In this document: positions 16,506 to 26,088 of the stretch, one piece after another
How the letters are laid out: every line of letters begins with the position of its first letter
Numbering within the stretch: position 1 is the first letter of the stretch
The notes under the pieces: model-generated
Database searches by the model: none
What the model was told of the DNA's origin: nothing
The model's input: only the letters and a program-made list of their open reading frames with translations
IMG/VR virus record: IMGVR_UViG_3300020020_000031
Span: 1-61,315 of that record
Origin: a virus
Lineage: Duplodnaviria; Caudoviricetes
Strand: one strand, 5' to 3'
DNA length: 61,315 nt
Position numbers and translations under genes: made by a program

Positions 16506-17678
16506 ATGAACGAACCGGCTTGGTTGACCGAGCACCGCGAATCTAAGTCCCTGTTGCAACTCCTGGCACCTCTATTCTCCGGCCACGAGGGGTTGGCGGA
16601 TCAGGAGTTAGACAATCTTGTCCATGTGGCGGAGACTGCGTTCAACAACCACTCCAAGAACACCGGGGAGCACGTCTCGCCATTCGATACCGGCATCGTT
16701 CGGGTAGGAACGGATGGTCTGGAGGTCCGGTTGCTCCAGGGCATTAACTTCGCCGGCCTCAAGCAGGTTATAGCAAAGGGAGTTCGCGCCACAATTGGGA
16801 ACCCTCGTCCGCAACGCTGGACTCCGCCAAGCCTTATGTCAGATCACCAGACGGTCTCCGACGAAGAGTGGCAGGAGATGTTCCGGGGTGGACTCCAAGC
16901 CGCGCTGGAGTCCCAGACGATTGTCTTTGAGGTCTGGGGCGCGTCCCGTGTCCTGACGCACCAGTTGGTTCGCAGTCGCCGCGCGGGATTCCACCAGCAG
17001 AGCCAGCGATCTACCTGGTACGGCGACCAACCTGAGGTACGGATGCCGGAGACCGTATGGCGCGCTGGCCATGTGGTTCGGGAGAGGTGGAGACAAAGCT
17101 ACTTTGCTGCGTGGGATGCGTACAGGAAAGCTTGCGACGCAGGAGTGCCGTACGAGGATGCGCGGTACATCCTCCCGGAAGGAACCGTCAACTACATCCA
17201 GTGCGAGTACACCATTCGGGAGTTCATGGCGGTCTACGCCTACCGGGGGTGCTCAATGTTCCTCCGGGAAATGGTTGAGTGTATGCGGTTGATGCGCGCC
17301 GCGCTCCTGGAGCAGGCTCCCTGGATGGAGCCGTTCGTGAAGGTCTCCTGCGAGACCGGACCCGGTTGCCCAGAGTGCGGCGGTCGTGGTTCATACTTTA
17401 CCGAATGGAGCGATGCAGCCTCGGCTAATCCCGAACTCGATCGAATGGTCCGTTATTACCCGGACCCACCGGATGGTACGGTCGAAATCGAATGCCAGAC
17501 CTGCCACGGAACAGGCGGTCGCAAGTGCACCTTCCAGGGCTGGGAGAATGTCGAGCTCGCGTGCGACAAGCCAATGGCCAAAGAAAACAACCGGGTATTT
17601 GTTGCTTCCCCCCGGCTTCGCATCGGAGCTAAAGAACGGCCCGCCACCGACAAAGAAGTAAAGGACTGGCTGTCATGA
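16506..17678 (+). CDS. thyX: Divergent flavin-dependent thymidylate synthase with a zinc-finger insertion
   Basis: ALE...FEV.GASR..THQLVRSR..GF.QQSQR, GVP.EDARYILP; two CxxCxGxG motifs near the C-terminus. Confidence 0.8.
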   Translation: MNEPAWLTEHRESKSLLQLLAPLFSGHEGLADQELDNLVHVAETAFNNHSKNTGEHVSPFDTGIVRVGTDGLEVRLLQGINFAGLKQVIAKGVRATIGNPRPQRWTPPSLMSDHQTVSDEEWQEMFRGGLQAALESQTIVFEVWGASRVLTHQLVRSRRAGFHQQSQRSTWYGDQPEVRMPETVWRAGHVVRERWRQSYFAAWDAYRKACDAGVPYEDARYILPEGTVNYIQCEYTIREFMAVYAYRGCSMFLREMVECMRLMRAALLEQAPWMEPFVKVSCETGPGCPECGGRGSYFTEWSDAASANPELDRMVRYYPDPPDGTVEIECQTCHGTGGRKCTFQGWENVELACDKPMAKENNRVFVASPRLRIGAKERPATDKEVKDWLS

Positions 17679-18388
17679 CCGTACATATCCGCGCGCTTGG
17701 TCCGGACGGGACCCAAATTGGAGAATGGCGGACCCACGAGAACGGAGAGCATGAAGTGATGCAACGGGACGAGGACGGGACCGAGCACGGCATTCATGGC
17801 GTCAGGGGATTTTCGATATCCGGCCGGAACGGAGCGGACGAGATCACTCCCAAGGACGTTGGTTCCAACGCCTCCGAGCTAGTAGCGGAGGAGATGGAGG
17901 ATGCGGACTCCGAGCCGTACGCCATCGATGACGAAATGCTTAAGGAGGATGACGCCAGGGCTCGCGCCTATATGGCGGTGTGGGACCACTATGAGTGTGC
18001 TTATAACGCTACCCGCCACCGGGTCTCCATCGACAACTACTTCCACCAGTTGGTCGATCTTCTGTCCGCTATCATGGGCCGGACGATCACCCTGGGCGGG
18101 GATGACGACCCGCCGTTCTCCACGGCGCTCTGGGACGCGGGGCAGGAGCGATCGCGCCTCCTGAGTCAAATTGAGCGGGTCCAGGAAACGCTCGGGGTCC
18201 AAGCGAACTCCGTAGCCAGCCAGCAGCGCCTGATTCAAGAGTTCGTGGGCCATGCGACGCGCGGAAAGGCGGCTACGGAATTGCTTCGTGGCTTAGCCAT
18301 TTGGGTCGGTGCGAAGGCAAACGGCTCGCCGGAGGAGTTAGCGGCCTCCATCAAAAGCGCTCTGAGCCGTACGCCATCCGATGGTTAG
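17675..18388 (+). CDS. Hypothetical protein
   Basis: Long ORF coupled by an ATGA overlap. Confidence 0.7.
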   Translation: MTVHIRALGPDGTQIGEWRTHENGEHEVMQRDEDGTEHGIHGVRGFSISGRNGADEITPKDVGSNASELVAEEMEDADSEPYAIDDEMLKEDDARARAYMAVWDHYECAYNATRHRVSIDNYFHQLVDLLSAIMGRTITLGGDDDPPFSTALWDAGQERSRLLSQIERVQETLGVQANSVASQQRLIQEFVGHATRGKAATELLRGLAIWVGAKANGSPEELAASIKSALSRTPSDG

Positions 18389-18593
18389 ATGGTGGGCCCT
18401 CGCGGCAGCGCCGGTAGCTACCAGCGCGCTGTGGGTGGCTCATCTCCTTCCCGGTTGGGCTCTGTTGGGAGTCGTGTTGGTATGCAAAGGGATTCTCCTC
18501 CTCGCTTCCAACCAGTCGAAGACCCGGCAGAGTCCTACTCTCCGTGGGATCAAGGGTGGAGACTTTTGGTCGCCTGGGGAGCGAGCCTATTGA
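18381..18593 (+). CDS. Small membrane protein
   Basis: Two hydrophobic segments. Confidence 0.5.
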   Translation: MVRWWALAAAPVATSALWVAHLLPGWALLGVVLVCKGILLLASNQSKTRQSPTLRGIKGGDFWSPGERAY

Positions 18594-18642
18594 CTGTTAT
18601 ATTAGGGCTGCTGCATTTGGCGCTAATTTTGGAGGTCATACG

Positions 18643-19467
18643 ATGGTGGATCAATTCTTGACGATACCAAAAGATGAACTGGCCGCAGAGCGCGAAGCTA
18701 TTCCGGCCGGGAGCCTACAAGCGGGAGACATAATCCAACTAACCGCTGAAGGAACGATGATCTGGGTGGAGCCCAGAGCGGTAATGGGGAGAAGCATTTG
18801 GGACACTACCGACGAAATGTACATTACCTACAACGAGGAAGGTGAACGTGTCCTCACGACGACCGGTGAAGAAGACATCTGGAACCAATCCCATTCCTAC
18901 CAGCGAGCCGGGAGTTCCCAATATGACACCATCTCCGAACGACTCGAACTCGCAGGAGCCGTCCCGGCCGGAGGAGTCAAGCGCTCCCGAGGAATTGGTC
19001 GGCGAGCTCGAGCAGCAATTGGCCGCCTCCTTCGTCAAGCTAAGTCAACTCTTTGGCGAGGGCGTGCGCCGATTCAGCTTGATAGTAACGGGGACAACAC
19101 CAGGAGCGGACCTGGTCGGAGAGCGCGAGCTCATTCTGAAGACCATAGAGCGCGCGCTGATGGGACTACACGTGACGCACGGAATTGGGCTAATTGGGGC
19201 GGCGTACAGGAGCGACCCAATCCCATCCGAAGTCACCGACACTGTCCAGGATGCTCTGGACACGCCCGAGTCCTCAGAGGAGCCTGGGGGATCTTCGGAC
19301 GCGCAATCGGATCCTGGGCTCTTGGATGGTTCGCCATCTGGTCCACCGGAATCGGAATCGACCTCCCCCAGTACATCATCCTAACTGGTTTGGGTTTCTT
19401 TGCGGCAACGCTATTCCGGCCGGTTTGGCGGGAATGGATCAACGCTGAGGATCGCCGGAGCTATTGA
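18643..19467 (+). CDS. Hypothetical membrane protein (outer frame of an overlapping pair)
   Basis: GGAGG RBS at 18631; acidic N-terminus; two C-terminal TM helices. Confidence 0.6.
   Translation: MVDQFLTIPKDELAAEREAIPAGSLQAGDIIQLTAEGTMIWVEPRAVMGRSIWDTTDEMYITYNEEGERVLTTTGEEDIWNQSHSYQRAGSSQYDTISERLELAGAVPAGGVKRSRGIGRRARAAIGRLLRQAKSTLWRGRAPIQLDSNGDNTRSGPGRRARAHSEDHRARADGTTRDARNWANWGGVQERPNPIRSHRHCPGCSGHARVLRGAWGIFGRAIGSWALGWFAIWSTGIGIDLPQYIILTGLGFFAATLFRPVWREWINAEDRRSY
18923..19384 (+). CDS. Nested hypothetical protein in the +1 frame
   Basis: GGGAG RBS at 18910; globular-looking core flanked by Ser/Pro-rich ends. Confidence 0.55.
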   Translation: MTPSPNDSNSQEPSRPEESSAPEELVGELEQQLAASFVKLSQLFGEGVRRFSLIVTGTTPGADLVGERELILKTIERALMGLHVTHGIGLIGAAYRSDPIPSEVTDTVQDALDTPESSEEPGGSSDAQSDPGLLDGSPSGPPESESTSPSTSS

Positions 19468-20063
19468 CGGTGAGGAATGCATATGTGGCGATAGAGGTGG
19501 GGGCGCTGCCCCTGCCTCCGCTATCTCCAGACGAAGAGGGGGAACCTATGTGGACTTGCATCGGCCTGGACCCAGGTGGTACTACGGGCTGGTGTGTATT
19601 GCGCATTCACGAGATTGCAATGACCTCGCCCCAGTACCGCATTTTGGAGAATATGGCTGGCTGGGCGGTCGGGCAGATTAACGGCTCCATCAATCACCAG
19701 ATAGACAAATTGGTGGATTTGGTAGATGCCTGGCCGGAAGCGGAAGTGGTGTGCGAGGACTTCTTGCTACGCCAGTTGCGAGGCGGGCGGGAACTGTTGG
19801 ACCCGGTGCGAATCACCGCTCCTCTGGCCTGGTGGCTCGAGCGCGGTGGGCGACGCGCTTGGGATGTGGAGGAGGGCGAAGATTGGAAGCCGCGCGAGCT
19901 CCACTTACAACAACCGGCGCTAGCGATGACTACCATTACCGATGACCGGCTGAAGGCATTCGGAGTCCTCCATCTGACAGCAGGTCAGCCTCACGCTAGG
20001 GATGCAATGCGTCACGCGCTTACGTTTGCTAGACGCCGAAAAACCGTTATGGCGATGGAATGA
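19464..20063 (+). CDS. RuvC-like Holliday junction resolvase
   Basis: IGLDPGGTTGW, VVCEDF, HARDAMRH. Confidence 0.85.
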   Translation: MTVRNAYVAIEVGALPLPPLSPDEEGEPMWTCIGLDPGGTTGWCVLRIHEIAMTSPQYRILENMAGWAVGQINGSINHQIDKLVDLVDAWPEAEVVCEDFLLRQLRGGRELLDPVRITAPLAWWLERGGRRAWDVEEGEDWKPRELHLQQPALAMTTITDDRLKAFGVLHLTAGQPHARDAMRHALTFARRRKTVMAME

Positions 20064-20069
20064 GGAGAC

Positions 20070-20570
20070 ATGAATGCATATTACCTGGCGGAGCTCAATG
20101 AGCTAGCTAGGGTTATCTACGAACGAAATGTCCGGTTGGGCTTCTACGAGGAAGACAAGGTGCGACCGCTTGACGGGATGCTAGCTAATGTTCACGGTGA
20201 AGTCTCCGAGGCTCTGGAGGAGTGGCGAAAGGGCAAGGACTTCGACGAGACCTACTGGAGGGTTAATGCCGAGGTCGGCGACCTGTTCAAATGGGACAAG
20301 GAGGGAATGTGGGTCAAGAACTACGACTGGGACTATAATTTCGGTAATGACGTCCCGGAGTGGCTTACGATGACCCCCGAGCGCCTACGGAATATGCCCA
20401 ATATGATCCGGCATCTCAAGCCGGAGGGCATCCCTTCGGAGCTCGCCGATATCATCATTCGGGTCTTGGACATTTGCGCGTATCACAAGATTGATATCGC
20501 CCACGCTATAGCCGATAAAATGGCTTACAACGAAACCCGCCCGTACCGGCACGGAGGCAAAAGGTCATGA
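20070..20570 (+). CDS. MazG-like nucleotide pyrophosphohydrolase
   Basis: HGEVSEALEEWR ... ELADIIIRVLD ... KMAYN.TRPYRHGGK. Confidence 0.88.
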   Translation: MNAYYLAELNELARVIYERNVRLGFYEEDKVRPLDGMLANVHGEVSEALEEWRKGKDFDETYWRVNAEVGDLFKWDKEGMWVKNYDWDYNFGNDVPEWLTMTPERLRNMPNMIRHLKPEGIPSELADIIIRVLDICAYHKIDIAHAIADKMAYNETRPYRHGGKRS

Positions 20571-20950
20571 GTGAACTCACGCGCGAGGATCTGTCCCGGC
20601 TGGAGGCTGCGGTTGCGAATCTTGCAACCATAGCTCAGACAATCATATATGCAATGGAAGCCATCAGGCCCATTCTCGATTCCTCCTTGAAGGAGATTGC
20701 AAATGTTGGGAGTCCCCGTGAGTGATATCGAGGCTAAGGTTACCAGTCGGGAACGGATCTACAAGATCAACGAGTTGGGCCTAGCTGCCGTCGCCAGGTT
20801 TCTTGATCCGGTAAATGCTTTCGCCGTAAACGATCTAGGCGCAAACGATCGGGTTACGCTTACCGTGACTATCACTATAGCCGGCGACCCTGCGAATGAT
20901 GGTTCGGCCGTGATTCATCTGGAATTACCGGCCGGGATGCTGGAGGAGTT

Positions 20951-21349
20951 GTGAAGGTCCAACCGAAACCAACGCTGAACCCAACCGGCGCCGTACGGTT
21001 CAAAGGGATGGATGAGGGCATCCTGCTCCGCTACGGGCGCCAGGTGGAGGGTGCCCAGCCGGCCCAGTTTACCGGCGCTTGCGCGGAATGCGACCAACCG
21101 TACTTGAAAGGCGATTGGGTAGTCCCGGACGAGCGCGGCTACTTAATCGGAGTCAATTGCTGCGGGGGTGCGAAGAACGAAACTCCGGGCGATCCAATTC
21201 CCATGGGTTCAACCTTGGATGACGCGGAGGATATTGACGGTCGCGACTGGGTACCCTTGGCGCAGGTCCTTCCTCCGGGGAGGAGTAGGGCCGATATGTG
21301 TCCCAAGTGCTTCCAAATACCAGCTAGCAATGGCATTTGCGGTTGTTAA
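20951..21349 (+). CDS. Cys-rich hypothetical protein
   Basis: GGAGGAG RBS; CAEC, CC and CPKC...C motifs. Confidence 0.6.
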   Translation: MKVQPKPTLNPTGAVRFKGMDEGILLRYGRQVEGAQPAQFTGACAECDQPYLKGDWVVPDERGYLIGVNCCGGAKNETPGDPIPMGSTLDDAEDIDGRDWVPLAQVLPPGRSRADMCPKCFQIPASNGICGC

Positions 21350-21442
21350 AAGGGCGAGGGCGACGGAAGCGGTACGCTATCCGTCGCCCTATCGTCCGCC
21401 TCTCGGACGACCCTACCCTGGCAAGGAGGATGATACCCTATC

Positions 21443-23923
21443 ATGGCCGAAAATCCTATGCCTTATTCGGTGGCCGCTCGAGACTATGTCGAAGCTGGAT
21501 GGATAGCTCCGTTACCATTACCATTCAAGGAGAAAGATCCACCACCGACTGGGTTTACCGGGGAGCAGGCGGAGTATCCCTCTATTGAGCAGATTGCGCG
21601 TTGGCTAGGTCAGAAGAATGGTAAGCTACGCGGAGGCTTCAAGGGGCGCCCGGAGCAAGCCAGGGCCGGAAACCTATCATTCCTGCCCGGTAACATCGCG
21701 CTCCGCATGCCACATAACGTCATCGGCATAGACGTTGACTTGTACGACGGTAAGGCTGGCGCGGAAACTCTTGCGGCCAACGAGAAAAAGTGGGGACCGC
21801 TACCACCCACATGGATTTCCACCTCACGGTTTGATGGTAGCGGCATTCGTTACTTTCGGGTCCCGGATGGGTTGCAATGGAACGATGTCGGGCCGGGCGT
21901 TGAGACCATTAAGTGGTATCACCGCTACGCCATAGTAATGCCAAGCGTTCATAGCAAGACCGGGAAGCGTTACATATGGATCCGCCCGGACGAAGAGCGC
22001 GTGTCTGATGAGTTCCCGTCTGTTGATGAATTGCCGATGCTGCCGGAGCGGTGGGTCGCGGGGTTGTCGGGTGGGGAAGCTTGGTCTAGCTCCGGCGACG
22101 CGGGCAACATTGACTACAAATCGGCGCTGGCTTGGTTGGTAGCTAATGGTACCGGTGAGCTATGCTCGGTAATGCAGTCTACCTTCACGAAATACGAGCG
22201 TTCGGTCCGGGAGGCGGGTGAAGACGGAGGCGCGCATGATCAGGCGCGGGACGGAGCGTGGGCGCTCCTGGGTGACGCGAAGGCAGGGCATACCGGAGCC
22301 CAGGAAGCGATCCGCCAACTTGGTAGCGTCTTCGGTACGGCCGTGGAAGGTAGGCGACCGCGCTGGCCGGCTGAGTGGCGCCGAGCCGTCACCAAAGGTG
22401 TTGGTAAGGTCCGCGAGGAATTGCGCAAGCTGGGCGGCGACGGGAGCGTTACGGAGACCGACCCTTGCGATGATTTCACGGGGAGCATGACGGTTACCGA
22501 TGTTGATGGTGAAGCCGTCAAGCCCAACAAGAATTACACTTTTGATGATACCGGAAACGGGCGCCGGTTGGCGGACGCGCTCCAAGGCCGAGCGGTCTGG
22601 GTCGGAGGCGACCACGGTTACTGGATGGCGTTGAACCCTGATACCCTTATGTGGGAGAAACGAGGGTCGGCGCCTATCCGCAAAACCTGGGACGAAGTCA
22701 CTACGCAAATGCATAAAGATGCTACAATGAGCTCGGATGCCGATTCGGCCGGTAGCTGGGCCAAGACCTCCCGGAGCGAACCTCGTATTGTTGCTGCCAT
22801 GAAGAATGCCCAACGGCATGTGGTCGTCGCGCCAGACATGTTTGACGCCAATAGCTCCGTCCTACACGTAGCAAACGGGGCAATAGAGCTAAGGCGGACC
22901 GTGGCGGAGCCGTATGTGTTCCGCGCGCGGGAGGCGTCAGACTACGCCACCTTGTGTTCTCCTGTGGTATTCAATCCGGAAGCGAAGTCTGCGATCTGGG
23001 ATGCTTTTGTTGAGAGCATTCTCCCGGACGAGGACGATCGCTGCTGGGTCCAAACCTGCACCGGCTATACCATCCAGGACGGCAACCCTGAGCGCGCGTG
23101 GTTCCTGGCCATTGGCCCGACTAGCGGCGGGAAAGGTACATTCACCGGCGCCGTGGCGGCCGCGCTCGGCCCGTACGCGGGGACCTACAATTTGTCGTTG
23201 TTCCACGATAAGCGCGAGGACGCGCCCCGGCCTGACATCCTGAAGGCGCTGCCGCAGCGAATGCTGTATCGGTCGGAGGTCGCCGACCTACGGGCTCTGA
23301 GTGCGGAAACCATCAAGGACTTCACCGGTAACGATCCGCTCACCGGCCGGGCTATGAGGTCGGATGTCATGGTGGAGCGCGTACCGGCATTCACGCCCTG
23401 GCTGACTACAAATAAGGTCCCCGATGTGACCGGTGCGGATAGAGCGCTCTGGCGACGTCTCCGTTGTCTCCCGTTCTTAGAGGGGCGGACCGAGGAGCAA
23501 GAAGACCCCAACCTGAAGGCTCAGCTAGCTAAGCCAAAGGTGCTGGCAGCCGTCCTCGCTTGGGCGCTCGAGGGTTGGGGGCTCTACCTCCGAGACCGGC
23601 TTGAGAGCCCATCCGCCAACGCTAGCCTCGAGACCGCTAAGGCGCGTATGGCCATGAGTGTGGCCGGCCGGTTTGTCGAGGATTCTTGTGACGTGGATCC
23701 CGAGTTCTGGGTTACTTCGATAGACCTCTGGAATCAATTCAAGTGGTGGCTCGAGGATAACGGCACGCGGGCGGAGCGCGATCGCGCCAACCGGAACAAT
23801 TTTGCACGCGGGCTAACAGAACTCGGTTACGTACAAAGACAAAGGCGTATCGGAGAGCGCGATGATGATCTCAAAGTTCGTGGTTGGTCCGGGCTCCGAA
23901 TCCGGGGTGCGCGGGTCGGATAG
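21443..23923 (+). CDS. Bifunctional primase-polymerase fused to a D5-like SF3 helicase
   Basis: K.PP..G, GNIALR, IDVD (Prim-Pol); DDTGNG.RL, NG, GPTSGGKGT Walker A, LWRRL (D5/P4 family). Confidence 0.92.
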   Translation: MAENPMPYSVAARDYVEAGWIAPLPLPFKEKDPPPTGFTGEQAEYPSIEQIARWLGQKNGKLRGGFKGRPEQARAGNLSFLPGNIALRMPHNVIGIDVDLYDGKAGAETLAANEKKWGPLPPTWISTSRFDGSGIRYFRVPDGLQWNDVGPGVETIKWYHRYAIVMPSVHSKTGKRYIWIRPDEERVSDEFPSVDELPMLPERWVAGLSGGEAWSSSGDAGNIDYKSALAWLVANGTGELCSVMQSTFTKYERSVREAGEDGGAHDQARDGAWALLGDAKAGHTGAQEAIRQLGSVFGTAVEGRRPRWPAEWRRAVTKGVGKVREELRKLGGDGSVTETDPCDDFTGSMTVTDVDGEAVKPNKNYTFDDTGNGRRLADALQGRAVWVGGDHGYWMALNPDTLMWEKRGSAPIRKTWDEVTTQMHKDATMSSDADSAGSWAKTSRSEPRIVAAMKNAQRHVVVAPDMFDANSSVLHVANGAIELRRTVAEPYVFRAREASDYATLCSPVVFNPEAKSAIWDAFVESILPDEDDRCWVQTCTGYTIQDGNPERAWFLAIGPTSGGKGTFTGAVAAALGPYAGTYNLSLFHDKREDAPRPDILKALPQRMLYRSEVADLRALSAETIKDFTGNDPLTGRAMRSDVMVERVPAFTPWLTTNKVPDVTGADRALWRRLRCLPFLEGRTEEQEDPNLKAQLAKPKVLAAVLAWALEGWGLYLRDRLESPSANASLETAKARMAMSVAGRFVEDSCDVDPEFWVTSIDLWNQFKWWLEDNGTRAERDRANRNNFARGLTELGYVQRQRRIGERDDDLKVRGWSGLRIRGARVG

Positions 23924-24175
23924 CCGATCCGTACCCCGGCGCTCTAGGGGTGCGTTTCGGGGTGCGGCCGGGGACGGATTGCCGACGAATGCGCACCCCG
24001 GAAAAGTCGTTGGTATGAAACAGATCTCGCTATTAGGGGTGCGGGGGTGCGGATTCGAGGCTAAAGTTAGTTGTATTACTCGCGCGCTATCGATTTGCAT
24101 TCGTGCCACTACGCGCGCGAGAGGCTACTATCGGCTACTAACTTTCACCGAAAACGCCGAATCCGCACCCCCCGG
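23904..24175. repeat. Non-coding region with GGGGTGCG iterons and a nested palindrome (candidate origin or packaging site)
   Basis: Five direct and two inverted GGGGTGCG copies. Nested inverted repeats 24043-57/24158-72 (15 bp), 24063-71/24137-45 and 24079-87/24113-21. Confidence 0.75.
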
Positions 24176-24219
24176 AGTAGAATCTGGGGAAACGATTAGC
24201 TAAGGGAGTTGAGGATTGC

Positions 24220-24450
24220 ATGGCTAGGAACATGAGGACCGAGACTGAGTTTGGTTTGCCGATCCTACCGGCGCCGGATGGTTCGGTGATTCCTGAGGGA
24301 GCTTCCGGGCCGGCTGCGATAACTGCATTTACGGATGCAGACTCCATTAAGGCCGGGGCTGCAGGGCAGGAGTCCGGGCCGTTGTCCATTCAGCAACTCT
24401 CGCATGAGGCTCGCGAGATCTATGCACAAGGGGATGGCTTCCTCGGGTAG
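24220..24450 (+). CDS. Hypothetical protein
   Basis: GAGGA RBS; first gene after TAGAAT at 24178. Confidence 0.5.
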   Translation: MARNMRTETEFGLPILPAPDGSVIPEGASGPAAITAFTDADSIKAGAAGQESGPLSIQQLSHEAREIYAQGDGFLG

Positions 24451-24550
24451 GCTATCGTAAATGCTGATCTATCGGGATGTCGACAAATGGCTCCGCCTTG
24501 GTACCTGATAGCTTTGCTGATACTCATGTTTGTGTTCTGGAGGCTCGGAG

Positions 24551-24913
24551 ATGGTCGCAGAAGATGAAGCCGTTGTGGCTGTGCTGGAGGCCGCAAAGGT
24601 TGTTGGTGTGCTCGGCGACTACCTGGGCGGATATGATGCAGATTCCGTTGCTGCCGGTCGCCTTGCCGGGCGGGTAGAGACGCTGCTGTGGGCACAGGCC
24701 GAGCTCCAAGTAGAGTTAGCTCGAGTTTCGGCTGCTGATCGCTTTGCCGATACCAGAGCGCTCGAGGAGTTCCTGGTGCGGGTGCGGGATAGCTTGAGGC
24801 AGGTCCAGGACGGGACCGGAAAGCCTGCCGGGCTAGTCCGTAGCGGCGTGGAGGCAGTTAAGACGGAGATGGCTACCCTTGAGGGTGTCCCAACCACGGA
24901 GATGGGAGGCTAG
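24551..24913 (+). CDS. Hypothetical coiled-coil protein
   Basis: Helical ORF abutting the terminase small subunit gene. Confidence 0.55.
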   Translation: MVAEDEAVVAVLEAAKVVGVLGDYLGGYDADSVAAGRLAGRVETLLWAQAELQVELARVSAADRFADTRALEEFLVRVRDSLRQVQDGTGKPAGLVRSGVEAVKTEMATLEGVPTTEMGG

Positions 24914-24914
24914 G

Positions 24915-25466
24915 GTGGCTCAGCGGCCGCCATCCCGGCGAGGGACACCAATATGCAAAGGGCATACCGTTATTCGGCAGCCGCGCAACCTTACCGACCT
25001 GGCGCTACGGGGACAACCTATCTTGGATGAGGATGGGCGCCGTCAGTATCGGCCGTGTGAAGCGTATGCCGCTAACGGGACGGAGTATTGCCATTCTCAT
25101 GGGGGCTCCGCTCCGCAAACAATCAATGCGGCTAGGCGGACGCTAGCGCTATCGGCCGAGCGCGTGGCGCAAGGAGTGGTTGATACTGCATTGGACGAAC
25201 GGATTCCGGCCGTTGAGCGCCTCAAGGCTCAGGTACAGGTTTTGGACCGAGTGGGAATCCGTGCCGGGCTGGATGTCGGTCTAGAGACTCCGAAGTGGCA
25301 GAATGTCTTGAGTAAGATGTTCGGCCGGGTCGAAGAGGAGGATGAACTAGCGCCAACGGAGCCGGTACAGGAGACTCCGAAGAAAGCAAGTCGGGCGCCC
25401 GCAAGGGCAAAGCCTCGTAAGGCGGCACCGCCGTCTACGAAGCCAAAGTTTGAAGGCTGGGGATAA
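24915..25466 (+). CDS. Putative terminase small subunit
   Basis: C.....C....C.SHGG motif, LKA...VLDRVG; heads the packaging module. Confidence 0.65.
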   Translation: MAQRPPSRRGTPICKGHTVIRQPRNLTDLALRGQPILDEDGRRQYRPCEAYAANGTEYCHSHGGSAPQTINAARRTLALSAERVAQGVVDTALDERIPAVERLKAQVQVLDRVGIRAGLDVGLETPKWQNVLSKMFGRVEEEDELAPTEPVQETPKKASRAPARAKPRKAAPPSTKPKFEGWG

Positions 25467-25804
25467 TGACAGCAGATGCTGATTATGCCGGGATGCACGC
25501 TGAACGGATTCGCCAGGAAGCCGAGGCGGCGATGATTGAGGTTGCTAAGCGATCCGCGGCAGAGACGGCCAAGCTAGCGGATCGCGTATCCACGTTAGAA
25601 GCCCAGCAGGGTGAATTGCTGGACTCTCTAGGCTGGGCTCTTGTTGCCATCGCGGAGTTGGTAGCATTCCGCGACACCGGCGCCGTCCACCGGCAGTGCA
25701 AAGCCTGCCTGCAGATTATTCCGGTTACCATGACCGGCCAGTTCATGCCGCATTCGATACCTCTGCAGGGACCGCCCTGTGTCAACTCGGGAGGCCATGT
25801 CTAA
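25466..25804 (+). CDS. Hypothetical protein with a C-terminal zinc ribbon
   Basis: CKAC...H...C motif; coupled start and stop. Confidence 0.6.
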   Translation: MTADADYAGMHAERIRQEAEAAMIEVAKRSAAETAKLADRVSTLEAQQGELLDSLGWALVAIAELVAFRDTGAVHRQCKACLQIIPVTMTGQFMPHSIPLQGPPCVNSGGHV

Positions 25805-26088
25805 TGGCGCGGACGCAGGAGGAGCGCGACACCAACGACCTCATCGAGGCCGCTATTGAAGCGTATCGTGAGGCATACCGGAATGCGCACCCGGAAGCTA
25901 CTCACGGCACAATGACGGATTGGGTCGTCATTGCTGCTGAGACTAAGCCCAATATGGACGAGCCGGAGGACGATGTTACCGCCTACAGCATTATCATGCC
26001 AGGTGGGAGCATTCCTTGGTACCGGGCGCGCGGCCTCCTGCAGGCAGGAATCCATTACCTGGGGCTACAAGAGGAGGATGATGTCTGA
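25804..26088 (+). CDS. Hypothetical protein
   Basis: TAATG coupling; TDWVV...RGLL pattern. Confidence 0.6.
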   Translation: MARTQEERDTNDLIEAAIEAYREAYRNAHPEATHGTMTDWVVIAAETKPNMDEPEDDVTAYSIIMPGGSIPWYRARGLLQAGIHYLGLQEEDDV

